64,000 nucleotides of DNA from an uncultured Gemmatimonadales bacterium (GCA_963793305.1 CAWBZV010000006.1:1-64000); one strand, 5' to 3'; numbered from the stretch's first letter, positions 19,080-29,165 are shown. The notes: generated by a model from the letters alone, not told the origin. Program-made: numbers and translations.

Positions 19080-20096
19080 ATGCTGACCCACGCGCTCTTC
19101 TGGGTCCTGGCGACGCTCACGCCGCAGCCAGATTCGACCGGCGTCCTGTCGATGCTCGTGACATCGCGCGATGACGGGCAGGCGCTCCCCTATGGCACGA
19201 TCGCGATCCAGCCGCTCGGCATCACGCGATTTACCGACGAGAAGGGACAACTGACGATCCGACGCCTCGCGCCGGGGCAATACACCCTGCAAGCGCGAGA
19301 GATCGGATTCGCGCCCGCCGACACGATCGTCACGGTCAAAGCCGGCGAAGAGCAATCGGTGACGATCGCATTGCGCCGCGTCGCGATTCGACTCGCGCGG
19401 ATCATGGTCCAGGCAGAGCGATCCAAGGATTGTATTGGCACCGGACTGCCGGAACACTTTGGCGACCCCAATGTGGAGGAAGTGTTTCGCCAGCTGCGCG
19501 CGAACATCGATCGCGTGCGCTTGCTGAGCGATCAGTATCCCTTGCAGTACTCGCTCGAGCGATTGCGCATCACGCGGAAGCCAGGCGCTCCCGACCGGGT
19601 CATCCAACACGACACCACCGTGTTTGACGATCGCAAAGACTCCTACCGACCCGGCAACGTCGTGTACTTCGGAGACGACCACGGCGAGCGCCGACAGATG
19701 GCGCGCCTCATCACTTTTGCCGATCTTGGCGACTCATTGTTCCAGGCCAATCATTGCTTCGACTACGGCGGGGCGCCGTGGGTCGATGGCAAGCGCATGA
19801 TCCAGATCGATTTTCGCGCCGCGAAAAAGTTGCGCGAGCCGGATATCGAAGGCTCGATCTTGCTCGACGCGAGCCGGTTCGTCGTGCAGCGGGCGTCCTT
19901 CCATCTCTCCCACGCGGAACGCGCCAATCCGCCGATCGGGGAGTTCGGCATCACCACGACGTTCAAGGAAGTCGCGCCCCTCATCACACTCTTCGAGACC
20001 GTCGACACCGATGCGCCAACCGACGGCGAGGTCACCATCGAGCACGACCGGCTGCTCAAATTCCTGTACGTCCAGCGATCACCCGGCTCCCAGTAG
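19080..20096 (+). CDS. Exported protein with carboxypeptidase-regulatory-like (beta-sandwich) domain
   Basis: TDEKGQLTIRRLAPGQYTLQAREIGFAP. Confidence 0.75.
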   Translation: MLTHALFWVLATLTPQPDSTGVLSMLVTSRDDGQALPYGTIAIQPLGITRFTDEKGQLTIRRLAPGQYTLQAREIGFAPADTIVTVKAGEEQSVTIALRRVAIRLARIMVQAERSKDCIGTGLPEHFGDPNVEEVFRQLRANIDRVRLLSDQYPLQYSLERLRITRKPGAPDRVIQHDTTVFDDRKDSYRPGNVVYFGDDHGERRQMARLITFADLGDSLFQANHCFDYGGAPWVDGKRMIQIDFRAAKKLREPDIEGSILLDASRFVVQRASFHLSHAERANPPIGEFGITTTFKEVAPLITLFETVDTDAPTDGEVTIEHDRLLKFLYVQRSPGSQ

Positions 20097-21971
20097 CTCG
20101 TCGACCGCCCGGTACCCCTGATCGATCGCCACGTCCGTGTACGCTGCCGCCGCGGCATTGGAGTTCGCGATCGCGATCCGGCCGTGGCGTTTGCGGCCGA
20201 TCTCACACGGCGATTGACCCGGCGGCCAGTCGGGGTCCCACAGTGGGTTGTACTCGTACGCGTACCCGTGTGGCCAGCGATTGACCGTGATGGCGGTGAT
20301 ATCGCGGTCCGGCTCGAATCCCCCGCCCCCGAGCACGCGTCCGAGTTGATCCCGAATGTTCTGCTCGAACGTCGCGAACGGCGTCGCCAGCAACTCGGCA
20401 TGCCCGGCGCGCTGCTGATCCCTCGCCGACAATCCGGGCGCGCACGGCGTGCGTAACATGTGCAGGACAATGGGCTCGTCCGGCGTATGCGCCGTCGCAT
20501 ACGCTCCAATATCGATCGGCTCCGACAATGCCATCGACGAGTGGTACATCCCTGGGGACGTCACGCGATGCATACCGAGCATGTGAAAGGCCGTCCAGTT
20601 GCGTAACGCGACCTGCGTATACACGAGCGGGACTTTCACCCCGTAGTGCAGCGCTGTCTTTTGCTCGGCCGGCAGCTCATCGACCAGGTACGGGATCATC
20701 ATGTTCCAGCACGCCATCACGACCGATTTCGCGCGAACCGTATAGGCCTTGGCATCACGGCCATATGTCACCTCGGCCTCGCCGGGTGACACATGGCGCG
20801 CACGAAGCGCCGTGCTGCTCAATCGCAGACGGATGGGGCCCGAGTCCAAGCGCGAGTAATCCACGGGGGCAGTGACGAGATCCTCGGCCGTCTTCCCGGG
20901 TATTGCCGACGGGATCAACGCGCGCACCAATGCGCGAGCGATAGAGGCGTTGCCGTCGGGAAAATGAAATGTGTATTCGTCGGTGAACGACCCTCGCGCG
21001 GTATAGCTCAATCGACCGCCTGGGCCGGTTGGGTCCAGCTTCAACCCGCCAAACCCGGGAAAGCCGATCGACCAGCAATCGAGCGCCGGCACAGCGTCGA
21101 TGCCAATGCCGTACAGCCCATGTGTGGCTTTCTGCATGAACTTCACGATCTCCTCGTGCATCCCCAACACTTTCACGAGAAAATCCCGATAACTCATATG
21201 CGTGAGCCGCTCTTTCTTCTCGGCCGACGCCACCCCAGGCATATGATCCGCGGTCGACCCCCACAGGCGCACGAGATCGCGCTGCGCCACCGATGACAAC
21301 GGAGTCTTCGCCGCAAACGCCGCCCACGTCGGCGCATTGACCGCCGGCTCGCCGTCCCCGCCGCGGCCCGGCAGGCCAACGACGAGCCGATCGACGCCGA
21401 ACGTCTCTTTGTCGAAGAACGCGGCGCCTTCCAGTCCGTCGTATCGATGGCGGTTATCACACTTGGCTTCGAGCGCCGCCGGCTCGATGCCGAGCGTGGT
21501 CAAGAGGGCTCTGGATTGTGCGCTATACGGGAACGGCGACTCGATGCTTTGCGTGCCGCCGTTCGCGAGCAGCATCCGTCCGCCCACGCGAAACTCGTTT
21601 CGCTTGGCGTGCCCACCAAAATCGTCGTGATTGTCGAGAATCAGGATCCGCGACGCATTGCCGGCGCGCGCGCGATAGTAATGCGCCGCGGCCAGCCCGC
21701 CGATGCCGGCGCCTACGACGACGAGATCATACGACTCGTTCGTAGGGATGGGCGCCCCGGCGGTCTTCCAGAATGTCCCGTCGCGGATGGAATGCGCGGT
21801 CGCGTATGAGCCCTCATGGCTCCCGCGCATGCCGGTCAGCAGCGGGGGGTAGTACCCAGGCGCGTTTTGGGCTTCTGCCGGGATCGCCCCGCCTGCCGCC
21901 CAATCGCACGCCCCAGCCCACAGGCCCGCGATACTGACCGCCACCCCATTCAAAAAATCCCGCCGATCCAT
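20079..21971 (-). CDS. Tat-exported FAD-dependent oxidoreductase, spermidine dehydrogenase (SpdH)-like
   Basis: MDRRDFLNG Tat motif, YYPPLLTGMRGSHEGS, VVGAGIGGLAAA, LDNHDDFGGHAKRNEF and TVNRWPHGYAY. Confidence 0.85.
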   Translation of the reverse strand: MDRRDFLNGVAVSIAGLWAGACDWAAGGAIPAEAQNAPGYYPPLLTGMRGSHEGSYATAHSIRDGTFWKTAGAPIPTNESYDLVVVGAGIGGLAAAHYYRARAGNASRILILDNHDDFGGHAKRNEFRVGGRMLLANGGTQSIESPFPYSAQSRALLTTLGIEPAALEAKCDNRHRYDGLEGAAFFDKETFGVDRLVVGLPGRGGDGEPAVNAPTWAAFAAKTPLSSVAQRDLVRLWGSTADHMPGVASAEKKERLTHMSYRDFLVKVLGMHEEIVKFMQKATHGLYGIGIDAVPALDCWSIGFPGFGGLKLDPTGPGGRLSYTARGSFTDEYTFHFPDGNASIARALVRALIPSAIPGKTAEDLVTAPVDYSRLDSGPIRLRLSSTALRARHVSPGEAEVTYGRDAKAYTVRAKSVVMACWNMMIPYLVDELPAEQKTALHYGVKVPLVYTQVALRNWTAFHMLGMHRVTSPGMYHSSMALSEPIDIGAYATAHTPDEPIVLHMLRTPCAPGLSARDQQRAGHAELLATPFATFEQNIRDQLGRVLGGGGFEPDRDITAITVNRWPHGYAYEYNPLWDPDWPPGQSPCEIGRKRHGRIAIANSNAAAAAYTDVAIDQGYRAVDELLGAG

Positions 21972-21982
21972 AACGTGACAAC

Positions 21983-22048
21983 CTGGCCCTATGTTTTCAT
22001 AGGGCCAGCTCGCTGCGAGGGGAAACCCCAAGGGATTGCACTCGCAGC
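21983..22048. other. Two adjacent hairpins in a divergent intergenic region
   Basis: Perfect 11-bp stem CTGGCCCTATG-TTTT-CATAGGGCCAG (21983-22008); 8-bp stem GCTGCGAG/CTCGCAGC (22012-22048). Confidence 0.7.
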
Positions 22049-22078
22049 AATTTACCGATCGGGTGCATCTTCCGCCGC

Positions 22079-23413
22079 ATGCGCCCATTTCGACTGCCGA
22101 GCGCCTTGACGCTCCTCGTACTCTGTACACTGTTGGCGGCCGCGCTGAGCTATGTCCTGCCGGCCGGCCTCTATGATCGCGCCGATGACCCGGCGACTGG
22201 ACGAAGCGTGGTCGTCGCCGGGTCGTACCATCATGTCCGGCCGCAACCGCTCGGACCATTCGAGGCGTTCGTCGCGATCCCGAACGGGATCATCCGCGCC
22301 GCGGACGTCATCGCGTTCGTGTTCCTCGTCGGCGCGGCATTCGCGGTCATCGACAAGACGGGCGCGCTCCGCGCGGGCATCCACTGGCTGGTCGAGCGGC
22401 TCGGCGATCGTGGGATATGGGCGATCCCCGTCGTCAGCCTCGCCTTCGCCACCGGCGGCGCGTTCGAGCACATGCAAGAGGAGATCATCGCGCTGATCCC
22501 TCCTTTACTCGTGCTCACCAACCGTCTCGGCTTTACCCCCACGACCGCCGTCTCGATGAGCATCGGGTCCGCGGCAATCGCCGCGGCGTTCAGCCCGCTG
22601 GATCCGTTTCAGGTATTGATCGCTCAGAAAGTGGCGCACGTCCCCTTGCTCTCGGGCGCCGGCTATCGCAGCATTTTCCTCGCGGTCGCTCTCGTTATTT
22701 GGATCGCCGCGACGATGCGGTACGCGCAGCGTACGCGCACGCTCCCTACCGCTGCCGCGTCCGAGACCCATGCGACACTGCGAGGGCGCGACGTTGGAGT
22801 GTTAGCGATCATCGTGGTCGCGTTCGCGATATTCGGATACGGGATCACCGTCCTCAAGTGGGATTTCCCGCAAGAGGCGGCGCTCTTCTTCATTATGGGA
22901 ATCGCTTGCGGCCTGGTCGGTGGCCTCGGTCTCGAGGGAACTGCGACCGGATTCATCGACGGGTTCGGCGCGATGGCCTACGCCGCGCTGCTGATCGGAT
23001 TCGCCCGCGCGATATCGGTCGCGATGGAACAGGGCGCGATCATCGACACGGTCGTGCACGGCCTGGCGACTCCGTTGACCGGCCTACCGGTGGGTCTCGC
23101 CGGAGTCGGCATGATGCTCGTGCAAGCCGCGATACACGTTCCGGTGCCGAGCGTCAGCGGCCAAGCGGTTCTCACGCTCCCCGTGTTCGCCCCGCTCGCC
23201 GATCTCCTGCATTTCTCGCGTGATGTCGCGGTGCTCGCGTACCAATACGGGGGCGGCCTCTGCGAGCTCGTGACGCCGACCAACGGCGCCCTTATGGCGA
23301 TCCTCGCGGCTGCCGGGGTGCGCTATGAACAATGGATGCGCACCGCCGGCAAACCGCTCCTCATCTTGGCGGCCCTCGGCGCCCTGGCCGTCGTTATGGC
23401 GACGAGGCTGTAG
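22079..23413 (+). CDS. YfcC/DcuC-family membrane transporter
   Basis: About 12 TM helices; LPAGLYDR, PVPSVSGQAVLTLP and AYQYGGGLCELVTPTNGALMAIL. Confidence 0.85.
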   Translation: MRPFRLPSALTLLVLCTLLAAALSYVLPAGLYDRADDPATGRSVVVAGSYHHVRPQPLGPFEAFVAIPNGIIRAADVIAFVFLVGAAFAVIDKTGALRAGIHWLVERLGDRGIWAIPVVSLAFATGGAFEHMQEEIIALIPPLLVLTNRLGFTPTTAVSMSIGSAAIAAAFSPLDPFQVLIAQKVAHVPLLSGAGYRSIFLAVALVIWIAATMRYAQRTRTLPTAAASETHATLRGRDVGVLAIIVVAFAIFGYGITVLKWDFPQEAALFFIMGIACGLVGGLGLEGTATGFIDGFGAMAYAALLIGFARAISVAMEQGAIIDTVVHGLATPLTGLPVGLAGVGMMLVQAAIHVPVPSVSGQAVLTLPVFAPLADLLHFSRDVAVLAYQYGGGLCELVTPTNGALMAILAAAGVRYEQWMRTAGKPLLILAALGALAVVMATRL

Positions 23414-25469
23414 ACGCCGCCGTGCTTGGCGTGCTGTACCGCTTGTACCAGCTCATCATGTAGAGCTGCGTGCGGATAAAGTTGGTCGGCTTCTGCCCGC
23501 CCGTGCCATGGAACTCGCCCTCGAATCGCAGCAAAGTCGTGGGGATATGCCGCATCTTGAGCGCGACGTAGTACTCCTCGCTCTGCGGCATCGGCGTGCG
23601 ACGATCGAGCTCGCCGGTCATGATCAACGTCGGCGTCGTTACGTGACCGACGTACATGAGCGGTGACTCCTTGAGCCACGGCTCCGGATCTTCCCAGAAC
23701 GGCTTGTCGAACCAGTTGACGGTGAAGAACGGAATGTCAGTTTCGCCCGTCATACTGATCCAATCAATAACGGGACAGCGCACCGCGGCGGCGGCAAATC
23801 GGGTCGTGTGACCAATGACCCAACTCGACAGCACGCCACCGCCACTGCATCCGCCAACGTACATGCGCTTGGTGTCGACGTACCCTTTCGCGACGACCGT
23901 GTCGATTCCCGCCATCAGATCATCGTAATCGACACCCGGATACGCCTTGCTGATGGCCGCACCGAACGCCGACCCGTAGCCCGTGCTCCCGCGCGGGTTC
24001 ACGTAGATCACGACGAAGTCATTGGCCGCGAAATTCTGGAACATGTAGTTGAACGCGACGTTGTACATCCCGTGCGGCCCGCCGTGAATCTCCATGATGA
24101 GCGGGTATTTCTTGGATGGATCAAAGTTGGGCGGCTTGACGACCCATCCCTGGATCTTGGCGCCACCGCTGGAGACGTAGTTGATCTCTTCGAGGGAGCC
24201 GAGATGGATGCGGGATAACGCCGCGTCGTTGACGTGCGTAAGCTGGACGATCTCGCTCTTCGGCACCTTGAGATCGAGTCGCGCGACGTTGGCGGGCCGC
24301 TGTGCGGTTGACCGGGTGATCGCGGCAACGCCGGTCTTCGAGATCGAACCGAGTCCGACGAGGATGGGTCCGGACGTGATCGGGCGTACGGCGCCGGTGA
24401 GCGGCGCGAAAAACATGTTCCGCGCGCCATGATCCTCGGCCGCGAAGTAGATACCCGTATTGTCGCTGGCCCAATGGATATCACCGGCATCGCGATCGAG
24501 CGACTCGGAGAGCTGTCGCGCATTCTTGCCGTCAATGTCCATCACGTACAGACCGCTCGTGTGATACGTCTTCTCGGTCGAGGCATATCCGGCGTACGCG
24601 ATGTGCTTGCCGTCCGGCGACACGGCCGGCGAATGCCAGCTCCCTTTGTCAGCCGTGAGCACGCGCGTCGCACCGGTATTCGGATCGACCGCGTAGAGAT
24701 TCGACGCCCGATATTGATAGTCGCCGTCCGGCGCATCCCATCCGTCGAGGATGATGGACTTCCCTTCCGGGGTCCAATCCCACCCCACGGGCCCTGACAG
24801 GCCGTCGAACCGCGAGCCGACGTTCCAATCACCGTGCGTGATCTGCCGCGCGGGACCGCCGTCGACGCTGGCGACGAACAGGTGCCGGAATCCGGGGTCC
24901 TGGAATCCCCGCCGGTCTTCGCGGAAATGCAGCGTCTCGACGATGCGCGGCGCTCTCGTCCAGTGGGCCGAGTCGGGTGCTTTCGGCATGTCGATCGCCC
25001 AGACGACGGGTTTGGCGACGAACATCGTGAACCCGATCGATTTCCCGTCCGGCGACCAATGGATGTCGGCCGGCGATTCGGTCAGATGGGTGATCTGCGT
25101 CGGCCCCGGGTCGCCATCGACATAGCGCACGTAGATCTGCGCTCCCTTGGGCTCGCCGTCGGCGAGATACGCGATCCGCGATCCGTCGGGCGACCACTGT
25201 GGCATCGACCCCTTCGCGAACACGCGGTTGCGCGTGCCATCCGACTTCATGATGTACAGCGTGGTCTCGTACTTATCCTCGAGCTTGTTGACCCAACGCC
25301 GCGAGTACACGATCTGTGACCCATCGGGCGAGATCTGCGGGTCGTTGACCTGCTCCAGGTCGAAGAAATGACCGACTGTGAGCAGGGTGTCCGAGGGTGT
25401 CTCCTGCGCGACGCCTAAGCTCGGGGCGACCGCGAGAGCGAGCATGGCGACGTGGCGCGTAACGCTCAC
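23394..25469 (-). CDS. S9 family (prolyl oligopeptidase / acylaminoacyl) peptidase, exported
   Basis: PD40-type WSPDG repeats; IHGGPH; GCSGGG nucleophile; GELDRRTP; EFHG. Confidence 0.92.
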   Translation of the reverse strand: MSVTRHVAMLALAVAPSLGVAQETPSDTLLTVGHFFDLEQVNDPQISPDGSQIVYSRRWVNKLEDKYETTLYIMKSDGTRNRVFAKGSMPQWSPDGSRIAYLADGEPKGAQIYVRYVDGDPGPTQITHLTESPADIHWSPDGKSIGFTMFVAKPVVWAIDMPKAPDSAHWTRAPRIVETLHFREDRRGFQDPGFRHLFVASVDGGPARQITHGDWNVGSRFDGLSGPVGWDWTPEGKSIILDGWDAPDGDYQYRASNLYAVDPNTGATRVLTADKGSWHSPAVSPDGKHIAYAGYASTEKTYHTSGLYVMDIDGKNARQLSESLDRDAGDIHWASDNTGIYFAAEDHGARNMFFAPLTGAVRPITSGPILVGLGSISKTGVAAITRSTAQRPANVARLDLKVPKSEIVQLTHVNDAALSRIHLGSLEEINYVSSGGAKIQGWVVKPPNFDPSKKYPLIMEIHGGPHGMYNVAFNYMFQNFAANDFVVIYVNPRGSTGYGSAFGAAISKAYPGVDYDDLMAGIDTVVAKGYVDTKRMYVGGCSGGGVLSSWVIGHTTRFAAAAVRCPVIDWISMTGETDIPFFTVNWFDKPFWEDPEPWLKESPLMYVGHVTTPTLIMTGELDRRTPMPQSEEYYVALKMRHIPTTLLRFEGEFHGTGGQKPTNFIRTQLYMMSWYKRYSTPSTAASTASSP

Positions 25470-25542
25470 GGGAGAGTCTCCAAATGGGGGGTTTTGCCTA
25501 TGCTACGCATTCCTGGCCCGCAACGCTAGGCGAGGGCCCCCA

Positions 25543-25797
25543 CTAGCGGCGCCGGCGCGCGGCGTCGAGCGCGTCTCTCGTGCGATACACGCGAGGGACG
25601 CGCCCGTCGACCAGGGCCTGGGTCACCTGTTCAAACCACCAATCGAGGCGCTCCCGGTCGACCACGAGTGCTCCGACGAGCGCGTGCAGGTCGTCCAGGT
25701 CTTTGCACGCCTGGTGATACTGTTCTCGCACGTCCTCGCAATCCCGCTCGTACTCGCTATGCGATGACTGTCCCTTCGGCGGCCAGCTCAACCCCAT
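25543..25797 (-). CDS. Small hypothetical protein
   Basis: 84-aa ORF filling the gap, helical composition, no motif. Confidence 0.4.
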   Translation of the reverse strand: MGLSWPPKGQSSHSEYERDCEDVREQYHQACKDLDDLHALVGALVVDRERLDWWFEQVTQALVDGRVPRVYRTRDALDAARRRR

Positions 25798-25815
25798 ATT
25801 TCACTGACACCGAAT

Positions 25816-27207
25816 ATGCCCGCCGATATTATCACGACGCTCGAGCAGGACTGCGCCCCCGAGGTCGCGCATGCCTTTCTGACGCTCGCCACCGACTACC
25901 TCGCCGCCGCACGCGATCGGAACACGCGCGTATCGACCGACGCCACGCGCGCCGAGCTGGCGCACCGGTTTGCCGAGCCGCTGCCAACCGCGGGACGGCC
26001 CGTGGCAGAGATCATCGCGCGGCTCCGCGACCAGGTCATCCCGGACTGCAATCACCTGTATCACCCCCGGTACGCCGGCCACCAAGTCTCGGCGCCCCTT
26101 CCAGCGGCGATCTGGACGGAATCCCTCACCGCCGCGCTCAACCAGTCGGTCGCGGTCTGGGAGATGTCCCCAGTGGCGACGGTGCTGGAGCACCAGGTCA
26201 TCCGCTGGCTGTGCACCTTGGCCGGCTTTGGCCCCGGGAGCGGCGGAACCCTGACGACCGGCGGCACGGAGGCCACGCTCACGGCTTTGCTCGCCGCCCG
26301 CGCCCGCGTCCGCCCGGACGCATGGACCGCCGGTCTCTCAGGGGACGCGCCGATCCTGATCTGCGGCGAGCACTCGCACTACGCCGTGACTCGCTCGGCC
26401 GGGATCCTCGGGCTCGGCATGGCGAACGTGCGCAAGGTCCCGTCTCGCGGGCACTCGATGGATGTCACGGCGCTCCGAGCGACATTGGACGCGGAGCGGA
26501 CCGTCCTGGCGATCGTCGCGACCGCCGGTTCCACACCGACCGGCTCGTTCGATGATCTGGAGGCGATCGGCAAGCTCGCCGCCGAGCGCGGGATCTGGCT
26601 CCATGTCGACGCCGCTCACGGGGGATCGGCGCTCGTGTCGTCGCAGCATCGCCATCGACTCGAAGGGATAGCACGCGCCAACTCGATCGCGATCGACCCA
26701 CACAAGATGATGCTGCTCCCGCTCCAAGCCGGCACGGTCCTCGTGCGCGATGCCAGCGACCTCGATCGCGCATTCGCCCAACAGGCCCCGTACCTATTTC
26801 ACGGCAGCGAAGACGACGAGCTCGTGGACCTCGGCACGCGCAGCCTCCTCTGCTCGCGCCGCGCCGACGTCTTCAAACTCTGGGTCGCGCTCCAGCGCTA
26901 CGGCACGTCCGGCCTCGGCGCGCTCTATGACCACCTCTGCGAGACGACGCGCGCGCTGTACGATGCCGTCTGCCGCCACCCGGAGTTCGAGGCGATCCAC
27001 GAGCCTTCGTCGAATATTCTGTGCTTCCGCCACGAGGGCACGGACCAGCACAATCGCGACCTGCGCGAACGCTACAATCGCTCGGGCCACGGATGGATCA
27101 CAACGACGATGCTGGACGGTCGCCGGGTCCTCCGCGCGACGATCATGAATCCCCGCACCACGGCCGACGACGTCCGGGAGATCTTGGCTGGTCTCGCTTC
27201 AGCCTAG
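25816..27207 (+). CDS. Group II PLP-dependent decarboxylase (diaminobutyrate / aromatic amino acid decarboxylase-like)
   Basis: HPRYAGHQV, ATAGSTPTGSFD, WLHVDAAHGG and DPHKMM (PLP lysine). Confidence 0.9.
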   Translation: MPADIITTLEQDCAPEVAHAFLTLATDYLAAARDRNTRVSTDATRAELAHRFAEPLPTAGRPVAEIIARLRDQVIPDCNHLYHPRYAGHQVSAPLPAAIWTESLTAALNQSVAVWEMSPVATVLEHQVIRWLCTLAGFGPGSGGTLTTGGTEATLTALLAARARVRPDAWTAGLSGDAPILICGEHSHYAVTRSAGILGLGMANVRKVPSRGHSMDVTALRATLDAERTVLAIVATAGSTPTGSFDDLEAIGKLAAERGIWLHVDAAHGGSALVSSQHRHRLEGIARANSIAIDPHKMMLLPLQAGTVLVRDASDLDRAFAQQAPYLFHGSEDDELVDLGTRSLLCSRRADVFKLWVALQRYGTSGLGALYDHLCETTRALYDAVCRHPEFEAIHEPSSNILCFRHEGTDQHNRDLRERYNRSGHGWITTTMLDGRRVLRATIMNPRTTADDVREILAGLASA

Positions 27208-27788
27208 GCTCTCATGTACTTCCAGTTTCGCGGCTTGCCCTCGGCGATCCACTCGATGGCCGTCGCGATACGGCGTTGCCGGGTCTCGGGCCGCTTGGCC
27301 TCGACGATCCACTCGACGTACTCGCGCCGATGGCTCGGACTGAGCCCGTCGAACGCCGCCTTCGCCTTCGCACTGCGTCGCAGCGCTGCACTCAAGTCGG
27401 CGGGCACGCGCGTTGACTTCACGCTCGTGCGCGGGGTGCGCGGTATGCGCACGCCGCCCTCGTTGAGCGCCATGGCCTTCTTGATGTAGCCGACGAGCGT
27501 CTTCTTGGGTGGCAGGTCGGCGATGGACCTGAGATTCCATCCACCCATGCCTTTATCCGTTATGCCGGGCACGATCAGCGAGGCTTTCCAGAGGCCGAAC
27601 CCCGCACGGGTCTTGAACGCCGCCATGACGCCGATGAGCCCATGATGCATGAACGCCGGCGCCCGCCACTTGATGTCCTCTTCGATATCCGGGGACGTTG
27701 CGTGCATGAGCTCCCGGATGTATCGCAGGATGGGCTGCGCGAACTCCGCGGCGTTCTCGATGTAGGCGTCGACGCGCGGATCCCGCAT
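27204..27788 (-). CDS. YdeI/OmpD-associated (DUF1801) family protein
   Basis: DPRVDAYIE...FAQPIL, EEDIKW and SHRREYVEWIVEAKRPETRQRRI. Confidence 0.9.
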   Translation of the reverse strand: MRDPRVDAYIENAAEFAQPILRYIRELMHATSPDIEEDIKWRAPAFMHHGLIGVMAAFKTRAGFGLWKASLIVPGITDKGMGGWNLRSIADLPPKKTLVGYIKKAMALNEGGVRIPRTPRTSVKSTRVPADLSAALRRSAKAKAAFDGLSPSHRREYVEWIVEAKRPETRQRRIATAIEWIAEGKPRNWKYMRA

Positions 27789-28189
27789 CACTCGCGCTCG
27801 CGTGCCGCCCACAGCTCGGCTTCGGCCTTCCGCTCGAGGGCCCGCCCGCCAGGCCGGCGCGGATCGCGTGCGACGTCGACGTGGACCTCGCCGTCTGGCG
27901 TCGGTCCGCCGATCGTCTCACCCCGCGTCTCCCGACCGGCGCCGCCGATCCCGGGATGTGTCATTGCTTCCCGATATCGGTGCGCCTTGGTCCCGAGCTC
28001 GGACAGAAATTGTTCGACGGCGATCTCGCCGAGGTCGTCGACGAGGCTAGGGATGAGCCCCTTGAGCAGGATAAGCCGCTCCCCGACCGGCAGCGCGACC
28101 GCCTGATGCAGCAGCTCCCGAATGGCTGCGTGATCGAGCCATTCGTAGAACGGGCTCCGAGTCGTGTCGACACGCGGATTCTCTTCCAT
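27788..28189 (-). CDS. Hypothetical protein
   Basis: 133-aa ORF, coupled to the ydeI-like gene (TGATG overlap). Confidence 0.6.
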   Translation of the reverse strand: MEENPRVDTTRSPFYEWLDHAAIRELLHQAVALPVGERLILLKGLIPSLVDDLGEIAVEQFLSELGTKAHRYREAMTHPGIGGAGRETRGETIGGPTPDGEVHVDVARDPRRPGGRALERKAEAELWAARERE

Positions 28190-28201
28190 AACCCATAGAT
28201 A

Positions 28202-28606
28202 TCAACGCCCGCGCGCGAGCGCCAGGATGCCGTGCGCCACGGTAAACCCGGCGAACGTACCAACGAGCCCGAGGGTGACGCTCGAGACCACATAGACGCC
28301 CGCCCGGGCGTAAAATCCTTCTCGCATCAGATCGACAGTCTCGTAGCTGAACGTCGAAAACGTGGTGTACCCGCCGCAAAACCCGGTGGTGAGCAACGCC
28401 CGCATCACCGGCGTGACGGCGGTCGTATCGAGCGCGAATCGCATGAGAAAGCCAAGCAGCATCGACCCGGTCACGTTGATCACCAGCGTCCCGACCGGAA
28501 ACGCCAGCCCGAAGCGCTGCTGAACCGCCGCGCCGAGTAGAAGTCGGGCGAGGCTTCCCACGGCGCCTCCGATGAGTACAGCAATCGCTACGCTAGATTG
28601 CGGCAT
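28202..28606 (-). CDS. crcB: Fluoride channel CrcB/FluC
   Basis: GGAVGSLAR, FPVGTLVINVTGS and TGFCGGYTTFSTFSYE signature. Confidence 0.95.
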   Translation of the reverse strand: MPQSSVAIAVLIGGAVGSLARLLLGAAVQQRFGLAFPVGTLVINVTGSMLLGFLMRFALDTTAVTPVMRALLTTGFCGGYTTFSTFSYETVDLMREGFYARAGVYVVSSVTLGLVGTFAGFTVAHGILALARGR

Positions 28607-29087
28607 GCGCGTCCGTTTCGCGGTGGAAGCCGACATCCCTCAGGTGCTCCCGCTCATGCGCGGGCTCGCCGAATTCGAGAATACTATCGCTTCCTTCGCG
28701 CTGACAGAGGCGGTGATACGCGAACACGCCTTCGGACGCTCGCCGCCGGACTGCTGGATCCTGGTCGCCGAAGACGCCGGCGCGATCCTCGGCATGATCG
28801 TGTACTACGTCCTCCGGTTCACGTCCGCGGCCAAGCCCGAGATGGTGCTGAAGGACGTCTTCGTATCCCCCGACGCCCGCGGCCGCCGCGTCGGCGAGGC
28901 GCTGATCCGGGCCGCCGCGCGCGAAGCCTTGTCACTCGACGCCTCGACCGTCCTCTGGCAGGTCGCGCGCTGGAACACCGACGCCATGCGCTTCTACGAG
29001 CGCCTCGGCGCCCAGCCCGACCCGGTGTGGGTCAACTACGGGCTCACACCCGACGCTTGCCGGGCGTTGGCCGGCGATCTAGACTAG
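28605..29087 (+). CDS. GNAT N-acetyltransferase (diamine/SSAT-like)
   Basis: LKDVFVSPDARGRRVGEAL and VARWNTDAMRFYERLG. Confidence 0.9.
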   Translation: MRVRFAVEADIPQVLPLMRGLAEFENTIASFALTEAVIREHAFGRSPPDCWILVAEDAGAILGMIVYYVLRFTSAAKPEMVLKDVFVSPDARGRRVGEALIRAAAREALSLDASTVLWQVARWNTDAMRFYERLGAQPDPVWVNYGLTPDACRALAGDLD

Positions 29088-29092
29088 GTCTT

Positions 29093-29143
29093 ATGGTCAC
29101 TTCGCGAGACGATTCGCGCGCAACGGACTGTTGGGGACACTGA
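29093..29143 (+). promoter_or_regulatory. Putative attenuator leader peptide MVTSRDDSRATDCWGH upstream of aspS
   Basis: 16 codons including 3 Asp (GAC GAT in tandem); TAGACT -10-like box 7 nt upstream; the stop codon lies inside the antiterminator helix. Confidence 0.6.
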
Positions 29144-29165
29144 CGGAATAGCCGTCAGTACTCCC

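Noticed and set aside
17288..25469. CPBP protease or S9 peptidase as processing enzymes for the 42-aa peptide
   Set aside because: They lie 4-12 kb away in separate transcription units and belong to common families; there is no sequence evidence of linkage.
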